Shown here: positions 1-8,091 of the stretch, in pieces
How positions within the stretch are numbered: position 1 is the stretch's first letter
Layout: each line of letters opens with the position of its first letter
Translations under genes and position numbers: made by a program
Origin: a virus
Lineage: Duplodnaviria; Caudoviricetes
Length of the DNA stretch: 29,321 nt
Strand: one strand, 5' to 3'
IMG/VR virus record: IMGVR_UViG_3300009068_000135
Location: 1-29,321 of that record
Notes under the pieces: model-generated
Database searches by the model: none
What the model saw: the letters and a program-made list of their open reading frames with translations, nothing else
Told to the model about the DNA's origin: nothing

Positions 1-1302
1 CCTACTGCTGGTTACTCAGAATATTATGCTACTGGTAGTGAGCGAGTAGTACTTGCTTGGGTCAAACAACGTCTTGTTGCTGGTGTAGGCGCAGGTATCT
101 ATGAGTTAACTGGTACTAAAGGAACAAGTAGAGCCTTACCAACTGCTACATATACACACCCTAACTCTGATTGGATATGGACATCTATATCAGAAGGTGG
201 CTCTGCCATCTATGCTGCTGGTTATCTTGGCACCAATGGTGCTATCTATAAGTTTACTTTATCTACTGCTGGTGTTATGCCAACCCTTACCTCAGGTATT
301 ATTGCAGCACAACTACCTAGTGGTGAGTATCCACTTAAGATTGAATCTTATCTAGGCTACCTAGTAATTGGAACTAACAAGGGTGTGCGTGTAGCATCTA
401 TATCAGATACAACTGGAGACCTAAGTTATGGTCCATTAATTATTGAAGCAGCAAACACAGGATTAGACTTTGCATTTAGAGATAGATTTATTTATGTAAC
501 TGGCACAATTAATACCTATGCTGGCTTATACAGAATTGATTTAGGTAACGAACTTGAGACATTACGCTTTGCTTATGCTAATGATACCTACCTTGACGGA
601 GCAACTGGCTATGCTACTAGCGTAGACTTTGTAGGTAACTCAGACCAGATAGCATTTACTACCTCTGGTAGCAATGGTATTGCTATCCAATCAACTACAG
701 TTCTAGCCCCATCTGGTTATATCAAGACAGGTAAGATTCGCTACGGAACTTTAGAACCTAAAAACTTTAAACGTTTAATTGGTAGAGGTACATTTAATGT
801 AGGAGAAACTACCTTATCTAGTGTAGGAACTAACGATGATGGTACTGAGACAGAGTATGACCATATTGTTTACAATACAGATGTTAATCCAGTAGAGATA
901 ACTACCTCTGTTCCTGCTGATGCACAAGAATTCTTAGCCTATAAATTTACATTAGCACGTGATGCTACAACTACTACCCTTGGCCCTACCTTTAAAGGTT
1001 ATCAGGCTAAGGCTACTATTGCTACACCTCGCGTAAGAGTTATTAAGTTTCCTGTTTACTGCTTTGATATAGAGACAGATAGATATAACACTATTGTTGG
1101 CTATGAGGGCAGAGCATTTGACCGTATCAGATTACTAGAAGAGATTGAGAAAACTGGTGATGTTATCACCTGGCAAGACTTAACTACATCTGAATCATTA
1201 CAGGCAGTTATAGAAGAGATATCATTTACTCGTATGACACCACCTGATAGACGATTTGATGGCTTTGGAGGAATCATAGAAATTATGATTAGGACAGTAT
1301 AA
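1..1302 (+). CDS. Virion structural protein, probably tail/head-closure beta-rich protein (5' truncated)
   Basis: Frame 1 is open from base 1 (PTAGYSEYYA...), so the Met at 277 is internal. Beta-propeller-like G/T/Y-rich sequence directly upstream of the lysis cassette. Confidence 0.55.
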   Translation, partial: PTAGYSEYYATGSERVVLAWVKQRLVAGVGAGIYELTGTKGTSRALPTATYTHPNSDWIWTSISEGGSAIYAAGYLGTNGAIYKFTLSTAGVMPTLTSGIIAAQLPSGEYPLKIESYLGYLVIGTNKGVRVASISDTTGDLSYGPLIIEAANTGLDFAFRDRFIYVTGTINTYAGLYRIDLGNELETLRFAYANDTYLDGATGYATSVDFVGNSDQIAFTTSGSNGIAIQSTTVLAPSGYIKTGKIRYGTLEPKNFKRLIGRGTFNVGETTLSSVGTNDDGTETEYDHIVYNTDVNPVEITTSVPADAQEFLAYKFTLARDATTTTLGPTFKGYQAKATIATPRVRVIKFPVYCFDIETDRYNTIVGYEGRAFDRIRLLEEIEKTGDVITWQDLTTSESLQAVIEEISFTRMTPPDRRFDGFGGIIEIMIRTV

Positions 1303-1499
1303 TGAATGCTAATGACTGGGCTGGTCTTGCGCTAGCAATAAGCACTATGATTGGTTCCTTTGCATTAATGGTAAGGTGGCTAGTCAAACATTATCTTGAA
1401 GAATTAAAACCAAACGGGGGCAGTTCGGTAAAAGACCAAGTCAATAGATTGGAAGCCCGCGTTGACCAAATTTATCTACTCCTTTCTGATAGGGATTAG
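1302..1499 (+). CDS. Small membrane protein of the lysis cassette
   Basis: N-terminal TM helix, then LKPNGGSSVKDQVNRLE and a coiled coil, a pattern common beside actinophage lysins. TAATG coupling to the upstream gene. Confidence 0.7.
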   Translation: MNANDWAGLALAISTMIGSFALMVRWLVKHYLEELKPNGGSSVKDQVNRLEARVDQIYLLLSDRD

Positions 1500-2700
1500 C
1501 CTACTTTTAATACCACAATTAGCCTATGCTGATGAAGTACTTATTGAATTAACCCCAGAGATTGCTTATGTAGATACTGTAGTAGAGGTAACAACTCCTA
1601 CTGATTATGTAATTGAAACAACTACTGGTCCTAGATTTGAAGTATCACCTGCTGGTGTAACCACAGAGCGAGTTGCTTGGGTAGATTCTTGGATACAATT
1701 ACGCCAAGGCGATACTGTCTTAAGACAAGATGATGATGGTAATCATAATAGTCAAACTAATTATTGGGCATCAAGGTTAACTGGTAATGCAGCACCTGGC
1801 ACATATACAATTCGTGCTACATCATATGATTATATAGTTGCAAATCAAAGACCTATTGGTACTTATACTTTAAGTAGTAATTTAATTAATGTTGCACCTG
1901 TGCCAGAGCCAGCACCTATTCCAGAACCAGAGCCAGTACCTCCTCCTGAGCCTGCACCTGAACCTAGTACCACTGTGGTACCACCTATAATTATTGATTA
2001 CCAACCAGTAGGACCTGAGCCTGTACCTGAGCCTCCCGTTCCTGTTGAAGAACCACCTACACCAGTCGTAGAAGAGCCTGTTATAGAGGCTCCAGAGCCT
2101 CCTATAGAGCCTGAAGCACCTCCTGTTGTAGTAGAAGAACCTCCTACACCCATAGAAGAGGCACCTCCTGTACCTGTAGAGGAACCACCCGTTCCAGTTG
2201 AGGAAGCACCTCCTGTAATTACTGAGCAATCTACACCTGAAGAAGTAGAAGCGGCAGTAGAAGCAATCATTGAAGCAGCAGATGGTGAAGCCATTACTGT
2301 TGAGGCTATTGCAGAAGCAGGTCTTACTCTTGAAGACTTACCATCTGATACTCCAGTAGAAGTTCGTACTGATGACAATGGTAACGCAGTTGTAATTACT
2401 GCAGAAGTTGCTATTGCATTACAAGTATTTGATTCACCTGCTGAATTAGTAAGTGCAATCTTTGATAACCCAGGACAAGTCTTAACAGCCGTAGCAAATA
2501 TAGGTGCTGATATGTCCGATGAAGAACGAGAAGAGTCAGAAGAAATTATTGTTGCATCTGTTATCGCTAGTCAGGCTGCTATAAATGCAGCAGGTATGGC
2601 AGCAGGTACGGCAACTAGAATTCCAACGCCAAGTTCCCCTGCTGGTGGACCTATGGCTGGTAACGATAAGCCTAAGTCAACTAGAAGGAGAAAACCTTGA
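1462..2700 (+). CDS. Exported Pro/Glu-rich protein: signal peptide, PPC-like beta domain, long PE/PV stalk, acidic domain, hydrophobic segment and basic tail
   Basis: Signal peptide ending AYA|D; DSWIQL...DDDG...PGTYTIRATSY resembles pre-peptidase C-terminal domains; C-terminus IIVASVIASQAAINAAG...RRRKP. Confidence 0.7.
   Translation: MTKFIYSFLIGISLLLIPQLAYADEVLIELTPEIAYVDTVVEVTTPTDYVIETTTGPRFEVSPAGVTTERVAWVDSWIQLRQGDTVLRQDDDGNHNSQTNYWASRLTGNAAPGTYTIRATSYDYIVANQRPIGTYTLSSNLINVAPVPEPAPIPEPEPVPPPEPAPEPSTTVVPPIIIDYQPVGPEPVPEPPVPVEEPPTPVVEEPVIEAPEPPIEPEAPPVVVEEPPTPIEEAPPVPVEEPPVPVEEAPPVITEQSTPEEVEAAVEAIIEAADGEAITVEAIAEAGLTLEDLPSDTPVEVRTDDNGNAVVITAEVAIALQVFDSPAELVSAIFDNPGQVLTAVANIGADMSDEEREESEEIIVASVIASQAAINAAGMAAGTATRIPTPSSPAGGPMAGNDKPKSTRRRKP
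1897..2220 (+). repeat. Low-complexity coding repeats (PEP / VEEPP / EEAPPV)
   Basis: Repeated cctgagcc, gaagaacc and gaagcacctcctgt units inside the 412-aa ORF. Confidence 0.8.
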
Positions 2701-2870
2701 AAATATTAAAAGATATGATTGAACAATTATGGACAGTACTAGGTATGTTTATTGCCTGGGTTGTACTTGATGGTTCAGCAAAGACTGTAGTTGGCTACGC
2801 AATTATCGGAACACTAATTGCTTGGGCAATTACTTACCGACTAAGAAACCCAAAGGACGACAATGAGTAA
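2697..2870 (+). CDS. 57-aa two-TM membrane protein (holin-like), not in ORF track
   Basis: TTG at 2697 after AGGAG, overlapping the upstream TGA; MKILKDMIEQLWTVLGMFIAWVVLDGSAKTVVGYAIIGTLIAWAITYRLRNPKDDNE; overlaps the lysin start. Confidence 0.8.
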   Translation: MKILKDMIEQLWTVLGMFIAWVVLDGSAKTVVGYAIIGTLIAWAITYRLRNPKDDNE

Positions 2871-3321
2871 TGTAGTGGACATAGCCAAGTCTCAACTTGG
2901 ATATCAAGAAGTAGGTACAAGAAATGACAGTATGTATGGTAAGTGGTATGGACTTAACTACAACCCTTGGTGTGCAATGTTTGTATCTTGGTGCTTTGAC
3001 CAAGCAGGACTAGCCGAAAAGATAGCAGCCCAAACTAAAAAAGGATTTGCTTCTTGTCAAGCAGGACTTAAATGGTTTACAAGTAAAGGCAAGATAGTCC
3101 CAGTGGGTAAAGCCCAGCCTGGAGATATAGTTTTCTTTCAATTCGATGCGGATGCAGAGGCTGACCACGTTGGTATCTGTGCTAGTAACGATGGAAAGAA
3201 ATACCTTACGGTCTATGAGGGTAATACCTCAGGGGATAATAAGGGCAGTCAATCAAACGGAGATGGTGTGTATCTAAAAAAACGTGCCTACTCCCTAGTA
3301 ATGGGCGTTGCTCGCCCTTAA
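2863..3321 (+). CDS. CHAP-domain endolysin (catalytic domain only)
   Basis: PWCAMFVSW catalytic Cys, QPGDIVFF, DHVG catalytic His, EGNT motif. Confidence 0.9.
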   Translation: MSNVVDIAKSQLGYQEVGTRNDSMYGKWYGLNYNPWCAMFVSWCFDQAGLAEKIAAQTKKGFASCQAGLKWFTSKGKIVPVGKAQPGDIVFFQFDADAEADHVGICASNDGKKYLTVYEGNTSGDNKGSQSNGDGVYLKKRAYSLVMGVARP

Positions 3322-3330
3322 GGATGGAAT

Positions 3331-3522
3331 ATGAATACAGATAAACTAAAAGCAATCGCAATTACCTATGTTCGTGCTGCTGTTGCAGCAGTAACTGCTT
3401 TGTACCTTGCTGGTACAACTGACCTAAAGACACTAGCATTAGCAGGTGTCGCTGCTGTAGCAGGACCAGTCCTAAAGGCATTGGACCCATCAGCAACAGA
3501 ATTTGGTGTCAACAGTAAGTAA
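3331..3522 (+). CDS. Holin
   Basis: 63 aa, two hydrophobic helices, directly after the lysin, KALDP...FG tail. Confidence 0.75.
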   Translation: MNTDKLKAIAITYVRAAVAAVTALYLAGTTDLKTLALAGVAAVAGPVLKALDPSATEFGVNSK

Positions 3523-3569
3523 TTAAGTACCCCTAATAGGGCCTACAAGGCCCATTAGAGACACAAATA

Positions 3570-3608
3570 ACCCCCCGACCAGTAGATATACTGGGAAGGG
3601 GGTCTTTT
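3570..3608 (+). terminator. Intrinsic terminator after the lysis cassette
   Basis: ACCCCC...CCAGTA-GATA-TACTGG...GGGGGT interrupted stem followed by CTTTT. Confidence 0.7.
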
Positions 3609-3732
3609 GTCGTTCTATCTCGTGTTTTATTATCTCTATTATAGACCCCTTCAGGGTCTTATATATTATTACATATCTAAGTATACACTTAATATTAATC
3701 TATGTAGGGAGGCAAACTTTAACTGCCTACCT

Positions 3733-3764
3733 TTATCCACAACCTGATGTGATATACTACTGCT
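3733..3764 (+). promoter_or_regulatory. Extended -10 promoter giving a probable leaderless mRNA, with a DnaA box at the -35 position
   Basis: TTATCCACA at 3733-3741; TG-A-TATACT at 3750-3758; ATG at 3765, 6 nt after the -10, with no SD. Confidence 0.6.
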
Positions 3765-3956
3765 ATGACTATACAACTAGATGAATACATATTACCTGAA
3801 CATATATCTTACTCTGCATTTACTACATACATTGACTGTGGTTATCAGTATTACCTAGGTCGATTGCTACAATTACCTGAAGCCCCCTCTGTTTGGTCAG
3901 TAGGTGGGTCATCATTTCATACAGCCACTGAGATGTGGGATAGGGAGAACCTATGA
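3765..3956 (+). CDS. N-terminal part of a Cas4/RecB-like PD-(D/E)XK exonuclease
   Basis: HISYSAFTTYIDCGYQYYL...GSSFHTATE is the typical PDDEXK_1/Cas4 N-terminus including the first Fe-S Cys. Confidence 0.8.
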   Translation: MTIQLDEYILPEHISYSAFTTYIDCGYQYYLGRLLQLPEAPSVWSVGGSSFHTATEMWDRENL

Positions 3957-4189
3957 TTAGTGTAGTTAACGAAGAGGGTGGCATTACTACCATGCAATGG
4001 GAAACTTATAATACTATTATGCGTGAACGATATATTGATGGCTTAAAAGAAACTTGGGTTGTGGCTGTTGGTTCTATTAATTCTCTTATTGATAAGACAA
4101 CAGATGAGACAGAACTTACTGGATTACTTCATGCTAAACTAGCACTTAAGGAGGCACTAAGTGAGCACCGCTCAAAGTTTATGGGATAG
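3953..4189 (+). CDS. Hypothetical 78-aa protein between the two nuclease halves
   Basis: ATGA overlap and AGGGAG SD; helical; no motif recognised. Confidence 0.65.
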   Translation: MISVVNEEGGITTMQWETYNTIMRERYIDGLKETWVVAVGSINSLIDKTTDETELTGLLHAKLALKEALSEHRSKFMG

Positions 4190-4766
4190 TGCTTGGCTTA
4201 AAGAAGCAGAAGGTGTTGACTTAACATTTGCTCGTGTTGGTGGTAGAACATCTAAAGCATTTCCTGATAGGGAGAATGTAGATTTCTGGCAACAGACAGG
4301 ACCTGAATGGGTTCAGTCTTATATTAATTGGCGTATTGCTAATACAGATTGGAAAATTTGGTATACTCCTGAAGGCGCACCTGCCATAGAGTTGGGGTTA
4401 ACTCCTATTTTTGCTGGCATACCAGTGAAGATGGTTCTCGATAGAGTGTTTGAAGTCAATGGTGAGTTGGTCGTGGTTGACCTCAAGACTTCACAACAAA
4501 CCCCAACTAGTACTTTACAACTTGGCTTCTATAAACTAGGACTCAAACAAATCTTTGGTATAGATATTAAGTACGGTGCTTACTGGATGGCAAGACAAGA
4601 AGGTACCTCTAGTATGGTAGACCTTAGTACTTATACAGAAGAGAAACTTGAATACCTTGTCGCCTCCTTTGATAAGGCACGCAAGGCTGGTATATTTATT
4701 CCTAACACAAACAACTGCAATCGTTGTGGACTTACAGAACACTGTCAGTTCACCTCGAAGAAATGA
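4161..4766 (+). CDS. C-terminal catalytic part of the Cas4/RecB-like exonuclease
   Basis: AAGGAGG SD before GTG; E...LDRV...VVDLKT, QLGFY (QxxxY), C-terminal CNRC...HC. Confidence 0.85.
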   Translation: MSTAQSLWDSAWLKEAEGVDLTFARVGGRTSKAFPDRENVDFWQQTGPEWVQSYINWRIANTDWKIWYTPEGAPAIELGLTPIFAGIPVKMVLDRVFEVNGELVVVDLKTSQQTPTSTLQLGFYKLGLKQIFGIDIKYGAYWMARQEGTSSMVDLSTYTEEKLEYLVASFDKARKAGIFIPNTNNCNRCGLTEHCQFTSKK

Positions 4767-5161
4767 GAAAAATGGCAAATGAAGACTGGAAACTACAGGT
4801 TTCCTACAAGACACCATCAGGTGATATGATAAACGTACGTGCTAATACTGCTGATGAACTATCAGTATTGTTAGAGGGCGTAGGAGATTACTCCACACAG
4901 ATTGCTGCTACTCAGCAGAAGATAGTGGGTTCATATAACTTAAACCCTTTATCGACATCGAGTTCCACTACAGGCACAAGGCCCTCGAGTTACTCCGCAC
5001 CAACCCCAGTGTCAGCAGTATCAGGTACAGCAGCGCCAGTGTGCAAGCACGGAGCCCGTATATGGCGAGAAGGAATCAGTAAGGCAAGTGGTAAACCATA
5101 TGCTTTCTGGGCTTGTCCATCTCCACAAGGAACATCTGACCAATGCAAGCCAGTAAATTAA
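4763..5161 (+). CDS. Hypothetical replication-module protein with C-terminal CxHG...C...C Zn ribbon
   Basis: Start more likely ATG 4763 (ATGA overlap) or 4772 than 4724; S/T linker; PVCKHG...WACP...QC. Confidence 0.7.
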   Translation: MRKMANEDWKLQVSYKTPSGDMINVRANTADELSVLLEGVGDYSTQIAATQQKIVGSYNLNPLSTSSSTTGTRPSSYSAPTPVSAVSGTAAPVCKHGARIWREGISKASGKPYAFWACPSPQGTSDQCKPVN

Positions 5162-5204
5162 AAGACTGGCATAAATCTTTTTACGGAACTAGAAAGGAAC
5201 CAGG

Positions 5205-5987
5205 ATGCGTACACTTGTCAGAAGCGTTGGCCGTGCCAGTATTGGTGGGGAACCATTACCATCGTGCTTCAAAGCATTTGAATCAAACAAGATTATCATC
5301 CGTCGGTCTGAAGTTTCTATGTTTGCAGCAGCACCAGGAGTTGGAAAGTCAACACTTGCACTAGCATTAGCATTAAAGATGAAGGTGCCAACACTTTACA
5401 TATCTGCTGATACTAATGCACATACTATGGCTATGCGTTTAGCCTCTATGATTTCTGGAAAAAACCAAACAGATGTAGAAGGGATGCTACATTCTGATGT
5501 TGGTTGGACTAAGGCTACTCTATCCAAGAGTAGCCATATAGTCTGGTCCTTTGAATCAGCACCGACATTACAAGATATTGATGAAGAAGTCCAAGCCTTT
5601 GAAGAACTATGGGGTTGTTCTCCTACACTTATTATAGTAGATAACCTAATGGATGTAGCCACCGATGGTGGTGAAGAGTTCGCTTCAATGAGAGCGATAA
5701 TGAAGGAGTTAAAATATCTTGCTCGTGCTACTAATTCGGCTGTTGTCGTTCTTCATCACACTAGTGAGGCTGTGCTTGGGACACCGTGTCAGCCACGCTC
5801 TGCTATCCAGGGTAAGGTGGCACAACTACCAGCGCTTATATGTACACTTGGTGTGGTCGGAACTTCAATGGGTGTTGCTCCAGTCAAAAACAGATACGGA
5901 AGAGCAGACGCAGGTGGAGGATTGATGACTTGGATTGCATTCAATCCTGAGTATATGTTCGTTGATGATATACCAGAAAATAATTAA
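5205..5987 (+). CDS. DnaB-like (RecA-fold) helicase/ATPase lacking the N-terminal domain
   Basis: Walker A AAPGVGKS, Walker B LIIVDNL, VVVLHH, KNRYG; AAAGGA SD. Confidence 0.85.
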   Translation: MRTLVRSVGRASIGGEPLPSCFKAFESNKIIIRRSEVSMFAAAPGVGKSTLALALALKMKVPTLYISADTNAHTMAMRLASMISGKNQTDVEGMLHSDVGWTKATLSKSSHIVWSFESAPTLQDIDEEVQAFEELWGCSPTLIIVDNLMDVATDGGEEFASMRAIMKELKYLARATNSAVVVLHHTSEAVLGTPCQPRSAIQGKVAQLPALICTLGVVGTSMGVAPVKNRYGRADAGGGLMTWIAFNPEYMFVDDIPENN

Positions 5988-6469
5988 TGATAATAGAATT
6001 AAATAAAGATGAGGTTAGAGTATGCACTATGCTTGCCGTAGAGAGATGGCTAACTAAGTTTGGTTCTACTGACCAACCTAACTATGCACAAGGTAAAGCA
6101 GACGGCAGACTAGAGCCTGAGATTAACGCTAACATACGGGCTAATGTATGTGAGTGGGCTGTTGCTAAGCATTACAATCTTGCTTGGAACAATCCTTGGT
6201 ATCCAAATGCTTTACATAAGAAGCGTTACCCACTACCTGATGTTGGAGAAAACCTAGAGGTAAGGTCTATTAGAACTCAAGATAGTATAGCATTCTGGGG
6301 TAAGGATAAAGAGAAGGTTATAGTTGGAACTAAATGTTTAGACCTAGAATATTTTTCTAAGGTAGAAATATTTGGTGTTGCATATCCCGAAGAGTTCATG
6401 AAGCCTGAATACTATGACAAGTATATAAATGGTTGGCGTATACCAATAGATGGGTTCACACATGAGTAG
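5987..6469 (+). CDS. Hypothetical protein, possible degenerate PD-(D/E)XK fold
   Basis: E(WAVA)...PDV...LEVR spacing; TAATG coupling. Confidence 0.55.
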   Translation: MIIELNKDEVRVCTMLAVERWLTKFGSTDQPNYAQGKADGRLEPEINANIRANVCEWAVAKHYNLAWNNPWYPNALHKKRYPLPDVGENLEVRSIRTQDSIAFWGKDKEKVIVGTKCLDLEYFSKVEIFGVAYPEEFMKPEYYDKYINGWRIPIDGFTHE

Positions 6470-6815
6470 TTATGGTAAACGCAAGGGTGCTACCTTTGAG
6501 ACTAGTGTAGTTAAATGGCTACGTCTTAAAGATATATTAGCAGAACGATTGACTAAGGCTGGTGCTAAAGATGAGGGTGATGTAGTTGCTTTCTTAGATG
6601 GAGCAGCAAACATACTAGAACTAAAGGCAACAAAGAAGTTAGACTTACCACAGTTCTGGCGTGAGGCTGAGGTAGAGGCAGAGAATTATGCTAAGGCTAG
6701 AGGATTAAAAGAAGTACCATATAAATTTGTAGTAGTTAAACGTAGGCAAGCAGGTATAGACAAGGCTTGGGTGGTGGAAGACTTTGAACAATGGACTAAG
6801 AGGGCAGGCAAATGA
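6462..6815 (+). CDS. Hjc-type Holliday junction resolvase
   Basis: KRKGATFE...EGDVV...ILELK motifs; start ATG 6462 or 6450. Confidence 0.8.
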   Translation: MSSYGKRKGATFETSVVKWLRLKDILAERLTKAGAKDEGDVVAFLDGAANILELKATKKLDLPQFWREAEVEAENYAKARGLKEVPYKFVVVKRRQAGIDKAWVVEDFEQWTKRAGK

Positions 6816-7173
6816 CTTACCAAACATACGAGAAATACTCATCCACTATGGAGCGAGTATACGACAAGAACACGGGCAGGCTAATATCAAATGCCCTTTC
6901 CACTCGGACACTCATCAATCAGGAAGCGCTAATCTCGACGATAACATATTCATATGCTTCGCCTGTGGAGTCCAAGGTAATAGTTTACAAATTGTCGCAC
7001 AACAAGAAAGGGTAGACATACGTGAAGCAAAGTCAATTGCAGAGGGAATTGTTGGGACAAGCAGCACTACGGTACGGGGCAAACATTTATCAGGCAGAGG
7101 ATTACCTCAGAAGCAGAGGTATAACAATGGAAGCGGCACGACTGGCACGATTCGGCGTAGTAGGGGAGGCTGA
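6784..7173 (+). CDS. DNA primase CHC2 zinc-binding subunit
   Basis: CPFHSD...CFACG; C-terminal ~50 codons overlap the TOPRIM ORF. Confidence 0.85.
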   Translation: MNNGLRGQANDLPNIREILIHYGASIRQEHGQANIKCPFHSDTHQSGSANLDDNIFICFACGVQGNSLQIVAQQERVDIREAKSIAEGIVGTSSTTVRGKHLSGRGLPQKQRYNNGSGTTGTIRRSRGG

Positions 7174-7645
7174 GATTGGACATGAACAATTCCAAGGAAG
7201 GTTATCGATACCGTATATTACCAAGACTGGTACAGTCGATATTCGTTTTCGTTCTCTTAATCCTGCTGTTGAACCTAAGTACATGGGATTAACTGGAGCC
7301 GAAACTAAGATGTATAATGTATTAGACATAGAAAAAGCGGGAGATTTTATAGGAGTGTGTGAGGGTGAACTTGATACAGTTACTTTATCTAGTTGCATTG
7401 GTATACCTTGTGTCGGTGTACCTGGTGCTAACAGTTGGAAGAAACATTACACCAGGTTACTCGCTGACTTTGAAAGAGTATTTGTATTTGCAGATGGAGA
7501 CCAACCAGGAAAAGAGTTTGCCAATAGTTTGGCAAGGGAGTTGCCCGTCACTATCGTGCAGTTGCCAGACGGAGAAGATGTGAACAGTGCATATGTTAAG
7601 TATGGTGCTGATTATATAAGAGATAAGGCAGGGCTAAATGGATAA
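7022..7645 (+). CDS. DNA primase catalytic TOPRIM subunit
   Basis: YLRSRGI, RLSIPY, KY, CEGELD, ADGDQPG, EDVN motifs. Confidence 0.9.
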   Translation: MKQSQLQRELLGQAALRYGANIYQAEDYLRSRGITMEAARLARFGVVGEAEIGHEQFQGRLSIPYITKTGTVDIRFRSLNPAVEPKYMGLTGAETKMYNVLDIEKAGDFIGVCEGELDTVTLSSCIGIPCVGVPGANSWKKHYTRLLADFERVFVFADGDQPGKEFANSLARELPVTIVQLPDGEDVNSAYVKYGADYIRDKAGLNG

Positions 7646-7976
7646 CAAGGTACCTCCTTGCCCTGAATGTGGTGAGCAGTTTGATAATGTATTCCAAGCA
7701 ACTGACCACTTACTAGAAGATGATGAAGAGTTTGACCCATCTTTAATCTTACCTAATGGTTCTAGATTAATGATAGGTTCTTTACTTAGGTGTCTGTATA
7801 AATATGCAGAGCGACCAGAACAGGTAAAGGTTATAACCCAGTCTGCATATATGACATTGTTTACGGCAGAAACACAGCCCGAAGCAATCAAAGATATAGT
7901 AGAAGAGATGATAATAAAATCACAGATGATGGAAATAGATGACGAAATCAAACAACTACTTGAAGGAGGAGAGTGA
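7638..7976 (+). CDS. Hypothetical protein with an N-terminal CxxC...H Zn-finger-like motif
   Basis: CPECGEQF...DHL; acidic; ends LLEGGE. Confidence 0.7.
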   Translation: MDNKVPPCPECGEQFDNVFQATDHLLEDDEEFDPSLILPNGSRLMIGSLLRCLYKYAERPEQVKVITQSAYMTLFTAETQPEAIKDIVEEMIIKSQMMEIDDEIKQLLEGGE

Positions 7977-8091
7977 AGAATGGCAGATTATAACCCACTT
8001 GGAAAATCAAGGTTTCCATATAACACAGGCAAAGAAGATGGATGGGAAACTCGTAGTTACCCTGACAGTATCTCTTTTGAATCAGCCGTAG
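7939..8091 (+). CDS. Possible overprinted 50-aa ORF, not in ORF track
   Basis: MTKSNNYLKEESEEWQIITHLENQGFHITQAKKMDGKLVVTLTVSLLNQP in the third frame, overlapping both neighbours. Confidence 0.4.
   Translation: MTKSNNYLKEESEEWQIITHLENQGFHITQAKKMDGKLVVTLTVSLLNQP

Noticed and set aside
1897-2220. Repeats as a CRISPR array or mini-array linked to the Cas4-like gene
   Set aside because: They are in-frame degenerate codon repeats without constant repeat/unique spacer structure; I saw no array anywhere in the window.
1882-2378. Two - strand ORFs opposite the Pro/Glu repeats
   Set aside because: Shadows of low-complexity coding sequence, with no expression signals.
3957-4160. Group I intron or intein interrupting the nuclease
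   Set aside because: Too short, no recognisable core structure or splice motifs, and fully occupied by an ORF with its own SD.
4536-7951. Alternative-frame and antisense track ORFs (4536, 5143, 5396, 5719, 6812, 7102, 7359, 7634)
   Set aside because: They overlap well-supported genes and lack motifs; 6812 has an ATGA overlap but the CHC2 motif lies in the other frame.
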